NCBI GenBank assembly: GCA_963702845.1
Contig: OY969763.1
Span: 192,001-256,000 of the forward strand
DNA: 64,000 nt
Origin: an uncultured Verrucomicrobiae bacterium
GTDB lineage: Bacteria > Verrucomicrobiota > Verrucomicrobiia > Limisphaerales > Palsa-1400
Direction: 5' to 3'
Part shown: positions 61,879 to 64,000 of the stretch, in pieces
How the letters are laid out: every line of letters starts with the position of its first letter
Position numbering within the stretch: position 1 is the first letter of the stretch
The notes under the pieces: model-generated
Seen by the model: the letters and a program-made list of their open reading frames with translations, nothing else
The model's database searches: none
Told to the model about the DNA's origin: nothing
Program-made: the position numbers and the translations under genes

Positions 61879-62829
61879 TTAAGGCGTTTGCACCCAGTTG
61901 GTGAGCGCTTCGTCGAGAGCTTCTTCGACAGGGCGCATCGTAACGCCGGCTTTCAAAAGTTTGGTGACATCCATGACGCAATTCGAGCGCGGGGTCTTTG
62001 CCGCTTGCGCATAGAACTCGGCGTCGTCGCTCCAGAATTTAAATGCCCGCGTCGGCTGCAAAATTCTTTGGATCATCGTCACGACTTGCGCGCTGGAAAC
62101 AAAGCCCGGATTTGTGACGTTGTAGATGCCGTAAGCAGCCTTGCGTTCCCAGGTGTCGAGGCAGGCGCGAACAAAATCGCCACGGTGCGACAACGAGTTC
62201 ACGTTGTTATAGACCTTCGGATAATACTGCAGCTTGCTTAAAAAATTGCGTGGGCTGTTGATGTGATCAAACGGGATGCGCAGGCGCCAGATGTAGTTTT
62301 CCGGCAGATCGCGCAACGCTTCTTCAGCCATTGCTTTTGTGCCGCTGTAAAAACTGCACGGCGGCTGACGAAAGGTAAAATTTGGTTCGTCCTCTTCTGT
62401 AAAGCCTTGGATGTATTGCGGGTTTTTGTCGATGACCTTGCGGACTTCGGGCGCGGTCAGATCGCGTTCGACACGGGTCTGTCCATTGATGACAATTTTT
62501 GCGCCGCTGTAAATGCAGCCGGAAGAAACGTGGCCGAAAGGAATGCTCAGACTCGCGCAAACATGCCCGACCATCGCCGGAAACAGCGTGTTGCCTTGTA
62601 ACGTGTCCGCACGATTTATTTCGCAGGCGTCGACGTTCGGTTTGCCGGTGAACCCTGCTGCGTTGATAAGGAAACTTGGTCTGGTCGCTTGAAGATACGT
62701 CCGAAGCGCCTGAAAATTGGTGTAATCAACTTGCTGGCGCGTGGGCGCTTGCACGGCCCAACCGCGTTTAGCAATCGCTTGCAAAAACGCTTGGCCGATA
62801 TAACCAGTGCTGCCTAAAAGAATAACCAT
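61879..62829 (-). CDS. RmlD-fold NDP-sugar reductase of the NRS/ER (UER1-like epimerase-reductase) type
   Basis: GSTGYIG, TGKPNVDACE, SSGCIY, SFYSGTK and PRNFLSKL. Confidence 0.8.
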   Translation of the reverse strand: MVILLGSTGYIGQAFLQAIAKRGWAVQAPTRQQVDYTNFQALRTYLQATRPSFLINAAGFTGKPNVDACEINRADTLQGNTLFPAMVGHVCASLSIPFGHVSSGCIYSGAKIVINGQTRVERDLTAPEVRKVIDKNPQYIQGFTEEDEPNFTFRQPPCSFYSGTKAMAEEALRDLPENYIWRLRIPFDHINSPRNFLSKLQYYPKVYNNVNSLSHRGDFVRACLDTWERKAAYGIYNVTNPGFVSSAQVVTMIQRILQPTRAFKFWSDDAEFYAQAAKTPRSNCVMDVTKLLKAGVTMRPVEEALDEALTNWVQTP

Positions 62830-62868
62830 GCGAGAGCCGAGTATGACTGCTTTTTCAGCGTGAGACAA

Positions 62869-64000
62869 TCACGACGTTGTCTGCACTGCGGCGAGTTCGC
62901 GCCGGGTGAAAAATGTGATGCCGAGCACGGTAAAAATTCCACCCATCAAGAAAACAATCTGAGCAACGGCAGTCCCGAGTTGGAGCCAGGTGATGCTTCG
63001 GCCGGCACTCAATGAATCAATCGGCGAGAAGGCTTGGACCAGTTTGACTACCGTCACGATTTTCGAAAGAAGCCCGGCAACAGCATTGTCGAGAATGGTC
63101 GGTTGAGGTGCGCCGGAATGTTCGATGAAGGATGAGACCGGCGTGCGCGACTCCACTGCGGCGCTCATGGTGCCACTGGAAAAACCAACGACGAGAACAG
63201 CGAGCGAAAAAAACGCCGCCACCGGGAACGAAAGCAAGCTACCCGCCGCAAGCCCAATGGTGGCCAACAACGTTAACCAGCAAAAAATGATACTGAGCCC
63301 GCGCACAAAATTTATGCCGAACGAGCTTTCCGGATAAAGCACTTCGAGGCCGTCGTTAGCGTCGAAAAGCAAATCAACTCCATTAGAAGGAGGGTTGGCG
63401 ACGTCGATCGTCAACTTGCCATTGCTATCGATGAGGTTTGGGATGTTGAATTCCTGAAACGACTCAGGCGGAAGTATCTGGGTGATGCGTGTGGAACTGG
63501 GGGAATCCGGATCACCGATAACCCAGACAGTCGGGTACGTTTCGCCGTCATTGTAACGAGACGTGCGAAATCGAACGCGCAACTGCAGAGGCTTGTCCTG
63601 CACGAAATTCTTCAGCACACCCGTATCGATCGTCCAACGTTTCATGTATCCCGGAGGGACGATCTCGCTACCGGCCTTGATACGATCCAAAAACATTTTG
63701 CGCACTTCCGGAATTTGTTGTTCCGGAATGTTGTTCAGCTTGAGTGCCTCCTGGAGTGCATTGTTTGCTTCGGCCGCGTAGTCAGGCGCCGGTTGCTTGA
63801 ACGACGCGCGCGCAACGAAAATATCCTGACGTAATACTTTCTGTTGGTCAGCGGGCAAATGACTGGCGCGGTTTGTGAGTAGAAAGAAAACGGCGGCACC
63901 CGAAATCGCAAGGAGCACGGCATTTAAACCCAGAATACCAAGCCATTTGCCGACCCAGATTTGCCAGCGGCTGATCGGCTTCGTCGTCACCATTTGCATC
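62869..64000 (-). CDS. ABC-2-type membrane permease with a large extracytoplasmic loop (5' end outside window)
   Basis: VTTKPISRWQIWVGKWLG, several TM helices and C-terminal FTRRELA. Confidence 0.8.
   Translation of the reverse strand, partial: MQMVTTKPISRWQIWVGKWLGILGLNAVLLAISGAAVFFLLTNRASHLPADQQKVLRQDIFVARASFKQPAPDYAAEANNALQEALKLNNIPEQQIPEVRKMFLDRIKAGSEIVPPGYMKRWTIDTGVLKNFVQDKPLQLRVRFRTSRYNDGETYPTVWVIGDPDSPSSTRITQILPPESFQEFNIPNLIDSNGKLTIDVANPPSNGVDLLFDANDGLEVLYPESSFGINFVRGLSIIFCWLTLLATIGLAAGSLLSFPVAAFFSLAVLVVGFSSGTMSAAVESRTPVSSFIEHSGAPQPTILDNAVAGLLSKIVTVVKLVQAFSPIDSLSAGRSITWLQLGTAVAQIVFLMGGIFTVLGITFFTRRELAAVQTTS

Overview
A 64-kb bacterial chromosomal segment. The gene content suggests Verrucomicrobiota (Pedosphaera-like): prepilin H-X9-DG proteins, an ECF sigma fused to a TIGR03435-type domain, and barrel-less passenger-repeat proteins. 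That placement is inference. Many genes, including normally essential ones (lysS, fabD, infA), carry single-base frameshifts, which points to uncorrected long-read indels, so split ORFs were joined by eye. The left 28.7 kb is a + strand accessory block for surface and secreted proteins. It holds a giant repeat protein with a metallophosphoesterase domain, a propeller sensor kinase and NarL regulator, an FGE-sulfatase-domain protein, a sulfatase, a second repeat protein and a pseudopilin. It ends in a coupled operon of PilN/PilO/PilP-like genes plus a secretin, followed by two paralogous NHL-propeller proteins that each carry a cohesin-like / dockerin-like / cohesin-like triad. Seven exported proteins in the window share a ~75-aa domain with a terminal aromatic-aromatic-basic strand (FYR-like), which is a candidate sorting or secretion tag. 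The best candidate for an undescribed system is this secretin module with cohesin-dockerin cargo and the shared tag. The rest is mostly housekeeping: an NtrC-type regulator, a ClpX paralog, lysS, fabD, a PPIase, serA, ogt and ada-alkA, infA, an RRM protein, rnhA, icd-SDR-LarA family, PhoH, rfbB and an rfbD-like gene. Dispersed REP-like palindromes and a 0.9-kb intergenic region with 10-bp-phased repeats are also present. No tRNA, rRNA, CRISPR array, integrase or transposase was recognised.
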